Of a DNA stretch of 64,000 bases, positions 1 to 12,423 are shown piece by piece. How positions within the stretch are numbered: the stretch's first letter is position 1; each line of letters starts with the position of its first letter. A program made the position numbers and the translations under genes. The stretch covers positions 2,716-66,715 of the forward strand of contig DASXCY010000002.1 in the NCBI GenBank assembly GCA_036490935.1. Direction: 5' to 3'. The notes under the pieces were generated by a model, which saw only the letters and a program-made list of their open reading frames with translations, ran no database searches and was not told where the DNA came from. This DNA comes from Kofleriaceae bacterium (lineage in GTDB: Bacteria > Myxococcota_A > Polyangia > Haliangiales > Haliangiaceae).

Positions 1-3116
<3,116 letters not shown>

Positions 3117-3120
<4 letters not shown>

Positions 3121-4712
3121 GCGAACCCAGCGATCCGATTCCGATCCTGCTCGTCGACGACGAGCCGCGTAACCTCGACGCGCTCGAGGCGGTCCTCGAG
3201 GGCCCGGAGTATCGGCTGCTGCGCGCCGACAGCGCGGATCAGGCGCTGCGGCTGCTGCTCGATCACGAGGTCGCCGCGATCGTGCTCGACATCAAGATGC
3301 AGGGCATGAGCGGCTTCGAGCTCGCGCAGGTGATCAAGAGCACGAAGAAGTTCCGCCAGGTGCCGATCCTGTTCCTGACCGCCTATCTCGTCGACGACAA
3401 GGACGTGATCGCGGGTTACGGCGCGGGCGCGGTCGACTACCTGACCAAGCCGATCAACTCGCAGATCCTTCGCCACAAGGTCGCGGTGTTCGCGGATCTG
3501 TTTCGCAAGTCGCGCGCGCTCGCCGAGCTCAACGACAAGCTCGAGGAGCGCGTACGCGAGCGCACCGCGGATCTACAGAAGTCGGAGATCGCGCTGCGCC
3601 TCGCGGGCGCGCAAAAGGACGAGTTCCTCGCGATCCTGTCGCACGAGCTGCGCAACCCGCTGGCGCCGCTGCGCACCGGGCTCGACCTGGTGATGGCCGC
3701 GCACGAGCGTGGCTCGCCGCCGAATCCTCGCACGCTCGACGCGATGAACCGCCAGCTCGATCACATGGTGCGCCTGATCGACGACTTGCTCGATGTCTCG
3801 CGCATCAGCCGCGGCGTGCTCGACCTCAAGAGGGAGCGCGTCGATCTCGCCCAGCTCGTGCACTCGGCCGTCGACAACACGCGGCCGTTCTTCGACCGCA
3901 AGACGCAGACGGTCGACGTCGACGCGCCGCAGTCGGTGCATGCCGACGCCGATCCGACGCGAGTCGTGCAGATCCTGGGAAACCTCTTGCACAACGCGTC
4001 GAAGTTCACGCCCGACGGCGGGCACATCGCGGTGTCGCTGGTGCGCGAAGCCGGCAACGCGTACGTGCGTGTCGTCGACTCGGGTGTCGGGATCCCGCCC
4101 GGCCAGCTCGAGCGCGTGTTCGAGATGTTCGCGCAGGTCGAACGCTACGGCCCCAAGCCGATGCAGGGCCTCGGCATCGGGCTCTCGCTCGCGCGCCGGC
4201 TCGCCGACCTGCACGGTGGCACGCTCGTCGCGGAGAGCGGGGGCAAGGAGCGCGGTTCGACGTTCACGCTCGTGATCCCGGCGCCGGCACGCGCCGGCGA
4301 GGCCGACTCCGAGGCCGAGGCCGAGGCCGCGCGCGCGCCCGCGAGCAAGCTGAAGATCCTCGTGGTCGAGGACAACGACGACATCGCCGACACGCTCGCC
4401 GACCTGCTCGGCAACCTCGGGCATCGCGTCGCGGTCGCGCGCACCGGCCCGGAAGGCGTCGCGCTCGTGCAGGACGTGCAGCCCGACATCGTGCTGTGCG
4501 ACCTCGGCCTGCCCGGCATGGACGGCCTCGAGGTGTGCCGCGCCGTGCGCCGGCTCGAGCTGCGGGCACAGCCGATCATGATCGCCCTGACCGGCTGGGG
4601 GCGCGAAGACGACCGGCGGCGCACCAGCGACGCGGGCTTCGACCACCATCTGGTAAAGCCGATAGCCGCCGACCAGCTGAACGACGTGTTGAGGCGCGCC
4701 GGATCGCTCTGA
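3117..4712 (+). CDS. Receiver - histidine kinase - receiver hybrid two-component protein (531 aa)
   Basis: ATG 3117 overlaps the TGA of the upstream gene (ATGA). N-terminal receiver (ILLVDDEPRNL..DIKMQGMSG..LTKP). H-box [11 protein letters not shown], HATPase boxes (NLLHNASKFT, DSGVGI, GLGIGL). C-terminal receiver (ILVVEDNDD..DLGLPGMDG..VKP). Confidence 0.9.
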
Positions 4713-4832
4713 CGCGTGACGAGCGCAAGTGCACGCGAGCGCTCGCGCTCGGTCGACGAATTTTGCGACCGGTCCGCGATCGCCGGTAGGCACACGTGGT
4801 CGCGAACGCTATCTTGCCCGGACAGTGCACGC

Positions 4833-6350
4833 ATGAGCCATCCCGCCATCCCATCCGAGCAGATCTTTCGACTTCTCGTCGAGAGTGTTCGCGACTACGC
4901 GATCTTCATGCTCGACCCGACGGGCCGCGTGACGACCTGGAACATCGGCGCCCAGCGCATCAAGGGCTACGACGCCGACGAGATCATCGGCTGCCACTTC
5001 TCGCGGTTCTATCGCGAGCACGAAGCCAAGAGCGGCAAGTGCGAGTACGAGCTCGAGGTCGCCGAGCGCGAGGGCCGGTTCGAGGACGAGGGCTGGCGCG
5101 TGCGCAAGGATGGGACGCAGTTCTGGGCGAACGTCGTCATCAGCGCCGTCCACGACGCGAGTGGCGAGCTCATCGGCTTCTCGAAGGTCACGCGCGATCT
5201 GACCGAGCGCATGCGCGCCGAGGAAGAGCGCGCGGCGCGCCACGCGGCCGAGCACGCGAACCGCGCGAAGGACGAGTTCCTCGCGATGCTTGGCCACGAG
5301 CTGCGCAATCCGCTCGCGCCGATCGCGACCGCGCTGCAGCTGATGAAGCTGCGCAACCACGGCGAAGCGACGCGCGAGCAGCAGGTGATCGAGCGCCAGG
5401 TCGGCCACGTGATGCGGCTCGTCGATGATCTGCTCGACGTCTCGCGCATCGTGCAGGGCAAGATCGAGCTGCGCAGGCAGCGGCTCGACCTGCGCGAGGT
5501 GCTCGCGAAGGCGATCGAGATCGCGAGCCCGATGCTGGAGCAAAGGCAACACCGTCTCGCGGTCGACCTGCTCCCCGGCCAGCTGCTCGTCGAAGGTGAC
5601 GAGGCACGGCTCACGCAGGTGTTCGCGAACCTGCTCGTCAACGCGGCCAAGTACACCGACCCCGAGGGCTGCATCGAGGTCATCGGCAAGCTCGACGGCA
5701 ACCAGGTGGCGATCGAGATTCGCGACGACGGCGTCGGCATCGATCCGAAGCTGCTACCGCGCGTGTTCGAGCTGTTCGTGCAGGGCTACCAGGGCGTCGA
5801 TCGGTCGCGCGGAGGGCTCGGCCTCGGGCTCACGCTCGTCCGGACGCTCGTCGAGAAACACCGCGGCACGGTGGACGCGTACAGCGAGGGGCTCGGCCGC
5901 GGCAGCTCGTTCACCGTGCGGTTGCCGCGCTGCGAGACCACGTCGGCGGCCGCGCCGAAGCCGCGCAAGCACCGGGTCGTCGCCGATGGCGATGCGCGCC
6001 GCGTGCTGGTCGTCGACGACAACGAGGACGCCGCGCTGATGCTGGCGGATGCGCTGTCCGCAGCCGGCCACGACGTGCGCACCGCACTCGATCCGCCGCA
6101 GGCGCTCGAGGTCGCGCGCGCGTTCCATCCCGAGGTCGCGGTGCTCGACATCGGTTTGCCGGTGATGGACGGCTACGAGCTCGCCGAGCGCTTGCGCAGC
6201 GAGCTCGGCGACCAGACGCCGCGCATGATCGCGCTCACCGGCTACGGCCAGGACTCCGATCGCGAGCGCAGCGCCCGCGCCGGGTTCTCCGCGCATTTCG
6301 TGAAGCCGATCGACGTGCAGCGATTGAGCGACACGATCGCGCGGCCGTAG
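4833..6350 (+). CDS. PAS sensor hybrid histidine kinase with C-terminal receiver (505 aa)
   Basis: ATG 4833 chosen because the track ORF upstream of it is Arg/Ser-rich. PAS-like DYAIFMLDPTGRVTTWNIGAQRIKGY. H-box [11 protein letters not shown], HATPase (NLLVNAAKYT, DDGVGI, GLGLGL). Receiver VLVVDDNEDA..DIGLPVMDG..VKP. Confidence 0.9.
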   Translation: MSHPAIPSEQIFRLLVESVRDYAIFMLDPTGRVTTWNIGAQRIKGYDADEIIGCHFSRFYREHEAKSGKCEYELEVAEREGRFEDEGWRVRKDGTQFWANVVISAVHDASGELIGFSKVTRDLTERMRAEEERAARHAAEHANRAKDEFLAMLGHELRNPLAPIATALQLMKLRNHGEATREQQVIERQVGHVMRLVDDLLDVSRIVQGKIELRRQRLDLREVLAKAIEIASPMLEQRQHRLAVDLLPGQLLVEGDEARLTQVFANLLVNAAKYTDPEGCIEVIGKLDGNQVAIEIRDDGVGIDPKLLPRVFELFVQGYQGVDRSRGGLGLGLTLVRTLVEKHRGTVDAYSEGLGRGSSFTVRLPRCETTSAAAPKPRKHRVVADGDARRVLVVDDNEDAALMLADALSAAGHDVRTALDPPQALEVARAFHPEVAVLDIGLPVMDGYELAERLRSELGDQTPRMIALTGYGQDSDRERSARAGFSAHFVKPIDVQRLSDTIARP

Positions 6351-6411
6351 CGAGCAGAATTACCGCCACGGCGCCGCACACGCCAAGGAGAGACCGGTTT
6401 CACCTGGCGCG

Positions 6412-9400
6412 CTACTTCTTGCCGCCGAGGTCGAGCCGGTAGCGCGTCGCCGATGCGAGGGCAGGGGCGAGCGCGGACAGGTCGCGCGCGACGGCGTCGC
6501 TCGCGATGATCGCGCCGTCGTCGTGGCCGACGAGCCAGCGGTTGCCCGCGATCGCGAGGGCGGTCGTGGCACCGTGATCGATCTCGATCGTGTGCCCGCG
6601 ATCGCCGTTGTCGACGCGCTCGACCGCGCCGGTGCGCGTCACCGCGTGGATCGTGCCGTCGCTCGACACCGCGAGCGCGAGCGCGGCCGACGACAGCGGC
6701 AGCTCGGCGGCGCCGGCCGTCGCGCCCGGCGCGAGCGAGGCGCGCGCGACGATCGCATCGCGCCCGGCGGTCGCGAGCCACGTCCCGGTCGTGTCGAGGG
6801 CGAACGCCGCGACCGCGCCGCGATGATGTGCGAGCTCGCGAGCCGGGCCGGCGCGGCCGTCGGCGATCGGCCACGCGGTGACCGCGCCATCGTTGCTCGC
6901 CGCGATCGCGAGGTCGCCGCGCGCGGGCAGAGCGACGAAATGCACGTCGGCGCGCAGGCCGTCGATCGCGAGCCACGCCGCGAACGGCCCGGTGCCGCCA
7001 TTGCCGCGCCGCCACAGCCGCACGGAGCGGTCTTGCCCGCCCGAGACGAGGCGCTGGCCGGCCGCGTCGAACGCGAGCGCCTCGGTGCCGGCGGTGTTGC
7101 CGGGCAAGACCTCGAGCACGTCACCGGTCGCCGAGAACATCGCGATCGGCCCGAGCGACGTGCCGACCGCGACGCGATCGCCCGCCGCTGCGAGTGCGGT
7201 CACCACGCCTTTGACCTTGCGATGCACCGGCTGCGCGAGCCACCACGCGACGTCGCCGTCGGCGCTGCCGGTGACAACGGTGCCGGCGACCAGCGCGAGC
7301 TTCGTCGCGCGGCCGTCGACGTGGCCGACACGGCCGCCGCGGCCATCGGCGAGGCTCCACGTCCACACGTCGCCGTTGGCGTCGATCGCCGCGAGCTTCG
7401 TGTAATCGCTCGCGAGCAGCTGCGGCGCGGCGCCGGCGGCGAACAGCGCGGGCGGCCCGGCCGGCAGCTCCCAGCGCCGCACGACGCCGTCGCTGTCGCT
7501 CGACCACAACGCGCCCGCCGCGAACGCGACGTGGCGGATGCGCCCGCGGTGGCCGTGCAGCGCCAGATCGCGGCCGCTCGCGCGATCGCGCAGCACGAGC
7601 GAGCCGTCCTCGCCGCCGTCGGCGATCCACCGGCCGTCATCGGAGATCGCCAGGCTGCGCACCTGCGTGTGGTGCATGCCGAGCGTCTCGATCGATCCTT
7701 CGCGATGCTCGGCATCGCTGCGCGCCCCGGCGGAGCCGGAGCTTGCAGGTACCGCGCCCGCGATGCGCGTGATCGCGCCGCTCACCGAGCCGAGCGCGGC
7801 CCACGAGCCGTCCCTCGCGAACGCCGCGCGCTTGGTCTGTAGCTCGGTCGCGACCTCGCGCTCGACGGTGAGCTGGTCGCCGTCGACGCGCCACACGTGC
7901 AGCGTGCCGTCGGCGTCGGCGATCTGGACGTGCGTGCCGTCGGTCCACGAGTCGGCGGCATCGGCGCCGATCTTCGCGGTGCGCGCGGTCCAGTCCGGCG
8001 CGCTCCACAACCAGACGTGCCCTTCGTGATCGGCCGCGACGATCGCGCGGCCGTCGGGCGAGAACTCGACGGTGCCCACCGGCGAGGTCGTCGCCACCAG
8101 CTCGCGCCCCGGCCGCGCGCCGTGCGGCCATAGCCGCACGTGGCCGTGATCGTCGGCGGTGACGAGCCACGCGCTGTCCTTCGACCACGCCATGTGCTGG
8201 ACGTCGCCGGCGTGGCCGTCGAGCTCGGCGAGCACGCGGCCGTCGCGCGCGAGCACGTACGCCTCGCCAGCGTCGCCGCCGATCGCGAGCAGCTGGCCGT
8301 CGGGCGACGGCCGGACCGTGTGCACGCGGCCGCGCTTCGCGACGAGCAGCACGCGCGGCTCGTACAGCGGCGGCTCCCACGCGATCGCGCGCCCGTCGTA
8401 GCCGCCGGTGACGACGCCGCCGCCGGGCAGGCCTTCGACCCAGTGCACCTCGTCGGTGTGAGCGCGCAGCACGTCGCTCGCGACCCCGCGCGCGCGCGCG
8501 TCGTCGAGCACGCTCCACGCCGTGCTCGCCTCGACACCTTTCGGCGTGAGCTCGGCGAGCCACGCGAGCGCCTCGGTCGGATCGCGATCGAGCGCGGTGC
8601 GTGCCTGCCGCAGCAAGAGCTGGTTCTTCTGCGCCTCGATCTCGCCGCGCGCGGTCTCCGCGATCGCGCGCGCATCTTCCGCGGTCGCGCGCGCCGCTCG
8701 CGCGTCGAGCCACAGCCACGTGACCGTGATCGCGAATGCCGCGGTCACCGCGATCGCCGCGCCGGCCGCCGCCGCGACGAACGGCCGCCGCCTCACCCAT
8801 CGGCGCAGCCGCTCGAGCGCGCCGGGCACGCGCACCGACACCGGCAAACCATCGAGGTAGCGCCGCACGTCCTCGGCGAACGCCGCGACCGATTGATAGC
8901 GATCGCGCGGCTCCTTGGCGAGCGCCTTGCCCGCGATCGCCTCGAGGTCGCCCTTGAGCGACGCGTCGCGCGAGCCGAGCGGCGCCGGCGGATCCTCGCA
9001 GATCACCGCGGTCATCGCCGGCAGCGGCATGTCGCGGATGTCGTACGGCAACTGACCGCAGCCGAGCTCGTACAGCATCACGCCGAGCGTGTAGACGTCG
9101 GAGCGCGCGTCGACCTCGTCGGCGCGCAGCCGCGCCTGCTCCGGGCTCATGTACAGCGGGGTGCCGACGAGCTCGCCGGCGCGCGTGTCGCCGGGCGTCG
9201 AGCCGTCGGCGGCGGCCAGCCGCGCGACGCCGAAGTCGAGGATCACGACGCGCCCGTCGGGACGCACCATCACGTTCGACGGCTTCAGATCGCGGTGGAT
9301 CACGCCCTTCAGGTGCGCGTGATAGACCGCCTCGCACATCGCGACGAACAACTCGAATCGGCGGGCGCGCGGCAGCCCCTTCACGTGGCGGTCGAGCGTC

Positions 9401-9906
9401 TCGCCGTCGACGTGCTCCATCACCAGGAATGGTTGGCCGTCGGCTTCGCCGGCCTCGAGCACGCGCGCGATGCCCGGATGATCGAGGCGCGCCATGATCT
9501 GCGCCTCGGCCTTGAACCGCGCGAGCGAGCTCGACGAGCGCGCGAACAGCACCTTGATCGCGACGCGCCGCAGCGGCTCGTCCTGCTCGGCGAGATAGAC
9601 CGTGCCCATGCCGCCCTCGCCGATCTCGTCGAGCAAGCGGTAGCCCGGGATGCGGAACGCCGGCGCCTTCAGGCTCGGCGGCGTGCGGCGCTCGAGGGCC
9701 GGCGCGAACGCCGCGGTCGCGAGGTGCGCGGCGGCATCGGCGGCGAGCAGCCCCGCGACTTCTTCGGCGAGGTCGACATCCGCTTCGCGCACGCGGGCAA
9801 GCAGCTGCTCGCGCTCCGCCGTGCCGAGCGAGACCGCCTCGGTGAACAGCTCGGTGACGCGCGCGTGACGCTCGGGCGTGCCGATCGGCCCTTGCTTCGT
9901 CTTCAC
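6412..9906 (-). CDS. Ser/Thr protein kinase with one TM segment and a C-terminal WD40-like beta-propeller region (1164 aa)
   Basis: GTG 9906 overlaps the TGA of the sigma gene (GTGA). Kinase motifs GEGGMGTVYLA, VAIKVL, HRDLKPSNVMV, DFGVARL, GTPLYMSPEQ. Hydrophobic segment FVAAAAGAAIAVTAAFAITVTWLW. About 700 aa of WD40-like blades follow (LRAHTDEVHWV, LDGHAGDVQHMAWS, LHGHRGRIRHVAF). The Arg-rich first 250 aa of the 1414-aa track ORF were discarded. Confidence 0.9.
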   Translation of the reverse strand: MKTKQGPIGTPERHARVTELFTEAVSLGTAEREQLLARVREADVDLAEEVAGLLAADAAAHLATAAFAPALERRTPPSLKAPAFRIPGYRLLDEIGEGGMGTVYLAEQDEPLRRVAIKVLFARSSSSLARFKAEAQIMARLDHPGIARVLEAGEADGQPFLVMEHVDGETLDRHVKGLPRARRFELFVAMCEAVYHAHLKGVIHRDLKPSNVMVRPDGRVVILDFGVARLAAADGSTPGDTRAGELVGTPLYMSPEQARLRADEVDARSDVYTLGVMLYELGCGQLPYDIRDMPLPAMTAVICEDPPAPLGSRDASLKGDLEAIAGKALAKEPRDRYQSVAAFAEDVRRYLDGLPVSVRVPGALERLRRWVRRRPFVAAAAGAAIAVTAAFAITVTWLWLDARAARATAEDARAIAETARGEIEAQKNQLLLRQARTALDRDPTEALAWLAELTPKGVEASTAWSVLDDARARGVASDVLRAHTDEVHWVEGLPGGGVVTGGYDGRAIAWEPPLYEPRVLLVAKRGRVHTVRPSPDGQLLAIGGDAGEAYVLARDGRVLAELDGHAGDVQHMAWSKDSAWLVTADDHGHVRLWPHGARPGRELVATTSPVGTVEFSPDGRAIVAADHEGHVWLWSAPDWTARTAKIGADAADSWTDGTHVQIADADGTLHVWRVDGDQLTVEREVATELQTKRAAFARDGSWAALGSVSGAITRIAGAVPASSGSAGARSDAEHREGSIETLGMHHTQVRSLAISDDGRWIADGGEDGSLVLRDRASGRDLALHGHRGRIRHVAFAAGALWSSDSDGVVRRWELPAGPPALFAAGAAPQLLASDYTKLAAIDANGDVWTWSLADGRGGRVGHVDGRATKLALVAGTVVTGSADGDVAWWLAQPVHRKVKGVVTALAAAGDRVAVGTSLGPIAMFSATGDVLEVLPGNTAGTEALAFDAAGQRLVSGGQDRSVRLWRRGNGGTGPFAAWLAIDGLRADVHFVALPARGDLAIAASNDGAVTAWPIADGRAGPARELAHHRGAVAAFALDTTGTWLATAGRDAIVARASLAPGATAGAAELPLSSAALALAVSSDGTIHAVTRTGAVERVDNGDRGHTIEIDHGATTALAIAGNRWLVGHDDGAIIASDAVARDLSALAPALASATRYRLDLGGKK

Positions 9907-10457
9907 GTCGGTGCGCCCAGCTCGCGCGCCAGCCACGCGCGCGCCAGCCGCCATTCGGCGTGCACCGTGCGCTCCGAGATGTCGAGCGCGTCGGCGGTCT
10001 CGGCCGCGGTCAGGCCGACGAGGCAGCGCAGCTCGACGATGCGCGCCTGCCGCGCGGACAGCTGCTCGAGCTTGACCAGCGCGTCGTGCACGGCGAGCGC
10101 GTCGGACGGTGCATCGCCGCGGTCGGCGAGGCCGCTGAGCGTCACCTGCACGGCATCGCCGCCGCGCTTCTCCGCGCGCTTGCGGCGCGCCCGGTCGGCG
10201 AGGATCTGGCGCATCGCGAGCGCCGCGATCGCGAAGAAGTGCTTGCGGTCGCGCGCCTCGATCCGCGAATCGACGAGCTTCACGTACAGCTCGTGGACCA
10301 GGCCGCGCGGCTCGAGCGACATCGCCGGGTTCGCGTAGGCGCGCGCGATCCGTTCGAGCTCGCCGTAGACGAGCGGCAACAGCTCGTCGCGCGCGTGCGC
10401 GTCGCCGTCGCGCACGCGCCCGAGCAGCTGCGTGATCGCCGCAGCGGGTTCGCCCAT
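9903..10457 (-). CDS. ECF-type RNA polymerase sigma factor (184 aa)
   Basis: Region 2-like ELLPLVYGELERIARAY..LVHELYVKL. Region 4 HTH LRCLVGLTAAETADALDISERTVHAEWRLARAWL. AGGAGG lies immediately upstream of ATG 10457. The stop overlaps the kinase start. Confidence 0.9.
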   Translation of the reverse strand: MGEPAAAITQLLGRVRDGDAHARDELLPLVYGELERIARAYANPAMSLEPRGLVHELYVKLVDSRIEARDRKHFFAIAALAMRQILADRARRKRAEKRGGDAVQVTLSGLADRGDAPSDALAVHDALVKLEQLSARQARIVELRCLVGLTAAETADALDISERTVHAEWRLARAWLARELGAPT

Positions 10458-10463
10458 CGCCTC

Positions 10464-10640
10464 CTATCTTCGATCCGCATCGTCGGGCTGTCCACTGTCG
10501 GCGCGGTCGTGCGTCGGTTCCTCGACCTCGAAGTCGAGGGTATCGGCCATCTCGAGCTCGGCGTCGGGGATCCCGTCGGAGAGCGCGACTTCGTGGACTT
10601 CGCATGCACTGGTTTCGGTTTGCATCGTGGTCTCCTTCAT
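10464..10640 (-). CDS. Small acidic hypothetical protein (58 aa from ATG 10640, or 53 aa from ATG 10625)
   Basis: ATG 10640 overlaps the TGA of the upstream gene (ATGA). An internal ATG 10625 is preceded by AAGGAGA at 5 nt. Sequence (MKETT)MQTETSACEVHEVALSDGIPDAELEMADTLDFEVEEPTHDRADSGQPDDADRR. Its TAG lies inside the RBS of the sigma gene. GC3 is only moderate, so coding status is uncertain. Confidence 0.45.
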   Translation of the reverse strand: MKETTMQTETSACEVHEVALSDGIPDAELEMADTLDFEVEEPTHDRADSGQPDDADRR

Positions 10641-11143
10641 GCAGCCATTCCGGCAAAGCGCCTCACCACCGTGTCGGCCGCGCGGATCGAGTCCCCGCGC
10701 ACGACGATGGCGCCGAGCTGGACGAGCGGTGCGTCTGCGGACATCTCGCGTGCCACCGCCGCCTCGGCCGCGCGGTCGCCGCCGAGCAGCGCGACCGCGA
10801 GCCGGCGGTCGAGCACCGGGCCTTTCGCGCCGCACATGCGGTAGACGATGCCGATCGTGCTCCACAGCCGCGGCGCGACCGCGACCACGAGCAGCGTCGT
10901 CGCCGCGAGCGTCAGCCCGAGCTCGCGACGCAGCACCGCGTGCGGGCCCAGCGCCTCCCAGCGCGTCAGGCCCTGCCCGGGCCCGGCGCCGGCAAGCGCG
11001 TCGTCGAGCAGCACGCGCGCCGGCCGCGCGAACACCCCGCGCAGGATCGCGTCGCGGCAGCGCGTCGCCACCCAGGCGAACAGGTCGCCGAGGTAGCGGT
11101 CGCGGGTCGCGAGCGGCAGCGAGGGGGCCATGTCCGGACCCAC
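10637..11143 (-). CDS. Hypothetical protein homologous to the helical N-domain of the AAA+ ATPase at 29237-32569 (168 aa)
   Basis: High GC3 and non-Arg-rich composition. By eye, PHAVLRRELGLTLAATTLLVVAVAPRLW..APLVQLGAIVVRG..VVRRFAG aligns with PHVELAHELGLSSTATAVLLLVAAPQIW..SPLVRSGAIAVGRG..IARRLAG of the ATPase. Start is GTG 11143 or ATG 11131. Confidence 0.65.
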   Translation of the reverse strand: MGPDMAPSLPLATRDRYLGDLFAWVATRCRDAILRGVFARPARVLLDDALAGAGPGQGLTRWEALGPHAVLRRELGLTLAATTLLVVAVAPRLWSTIGIVYRMCGAKGPVLDRRLAVALLGGDRAAEAAVAREMSADAPLVQLGAIVVRGDSIRAADTVVRRFAGMAA

Positions 11144-11210
11144 GCAAACCGCGGCCAGATCGTGCAGGCGACCTGTAACTCACGAAAATCCGTAGTATGC
11201 CGTCGGAGCG

Positions 11211-11834
11211 ATGCCTCATACCTGGGACCCGTTTTCGATCGACCCGGAGGCTGGCCAGCACCGTCTCGCGCTCGGTAACCAGCGCTTTCTCGAAGGCACG
11301 AGCCAGTCGGCGAACCGCAGCTTCGATGCGGCGCGCGCCAGCACCTCGCAGCGGCCGTTCGCGATCGTGCTCGCCTGCTCCGACTCGCGGACGCCGGTCG
11401 AGATCGTGTTCGATCAAGGCTTCGGCGATCTGTTCGTCGTGCGCGTCGCCGGCAATATCGTCGCGCCGTCGATCGTCGGCTCGATCGAGTTCGCGGCGTC
11501 GCAGTTCGGCACGCGGCTCGTCGTCGTGATGGGCCACACCGGCTGCGGCGCGATCACCGCGAGCGTGCAGGCGATCGCGACCGGCACGGGGCCCGAGTCG
11601 AAGAACCTGCGCGCGATCACCGATCGCATCTCGCCGCACATCGAAGCGATCGCGCGGCGCGGCTCCGGCCCGGAGACGATGCGCGAGGCGATGCGCGCGA
11701 ACGTGCGCGCGTCGGTCGATCACCTGCGCCACGGCAGCGAGATCCTCGAAGAGCTGGTGCTGAAGAGCCGGGTGCGCGTCGTCGGATCGGAGTACGACCT
11801 CGAGACCGGGCGCGTGAGCTTCTTCGATCACTGA
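11211..11834 (+). CDS. Beta-class carbonic anhydrase (207 aa)
   Basis: Zinc-ligand and active-site motifs CSDSRTPVE, FVVRVAGN and GHTGCGAI. GGAG lies upstream of ATG 11211. Confidence 0.9.
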   Translation: MPHTWDPFSIDPEAGQHRLALGNQRFLEGTSQSANRSFDAARASTSQRPFAIVLACSDSRTPVEIVFDQGFGDLFVVRVAGNIVAPSIVGSIEFAASQFGTRLVVVMGHTGCGAITASVQAIATGTGPESKNLRAITDRISPHIEAIARRGSGPETMREAMRANVRASVDHLRHGSEILEELVLKSRVRVVGSEYDLETGRVSFFDH

Positions 11835-11836
11835 GC

Positions 11837-12289
11837 TCACTCGGGAACGTACGGATAGATCGCGGTCTCGTCGATCCCGAGATCGGTCGCGAGCATCGCC
11901 CAGTACGCACCGTCGGGGCCGAGCGACGCGCTGCCGACCGTCGCCGACAGCTCGACCTGCTCGCAGCCGCCGGGCTGGACCGTGCCGCGCACGAGCTCGC
12001 CGCCGCCGCCCGAGAAGTCGAGGTAGTACGTGATGCCGAAATCGGCCGGGCAATTGTAGGCGCCCGGTGCCAGCGCGGGCAGCGCGAGCGTGGCGGCATA
12101 GACGTCGCGCGCCGCATCGCCGGTGACGGTGACGTCGACCGCGGGCGGCGCGTTCTGCGCGATCGAGCTCGCCGTCGTGAAGTGGAGCGTGTCGATCGCG
12201 GGTTGTTCGGTCTGCAGCTGCTCGATGGCGGTGGGGGCGCTCGCGCAGGCGGCGAGCAGGACCGGGATGAGGATCGCGAGGCGATGCAT
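11837..12289 (-). CDS. Hypothetical lipoprotein (150 aa)
   Basis: ATG 12289 gives MHRLAILIPVLLAAC (signal peptide plus lipobox). The rest is non-repetitive with high GC3. Confidence 0.75.
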   Translation of the reverse strand: MHRLAILIPVLLAACASAPTAIEQLQTEQPAIDTLHFTTASSIAQNAPPAVDVTVTGDAARDVYAATLALPALAPGAYNCPADFGITYYLDFSGGGGELVRGTVQPGGCEQVELSATVGSASLGPDGAYWAMLATDLGIDETAIYPYVPE

Positions 12290-12423
12290 GGCCCGGCCAT
12301 CAGCAAGCGACATGCCCGGCGAGCTCCTACGTGATCCAACGGAGATGGCGGCGAGCGCGCCACGAAAACCTGAGGCGCGGCTCCGGCGTCCGAACGGATC
12401 TTCGGCATACTGCAAGGTGGCGC

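Noticed and set aside
6412-10656. 1414-aa ORF read as a single sigma-kinase fusion protein
   Set aside because: Its first 250 aa are Arg-rich and overlap the clean ECF sigma ORF (9903-10457), which is in a different frame. A GTG at 9906 with a GTGA overlap gives a sensible kinase N-terminus.
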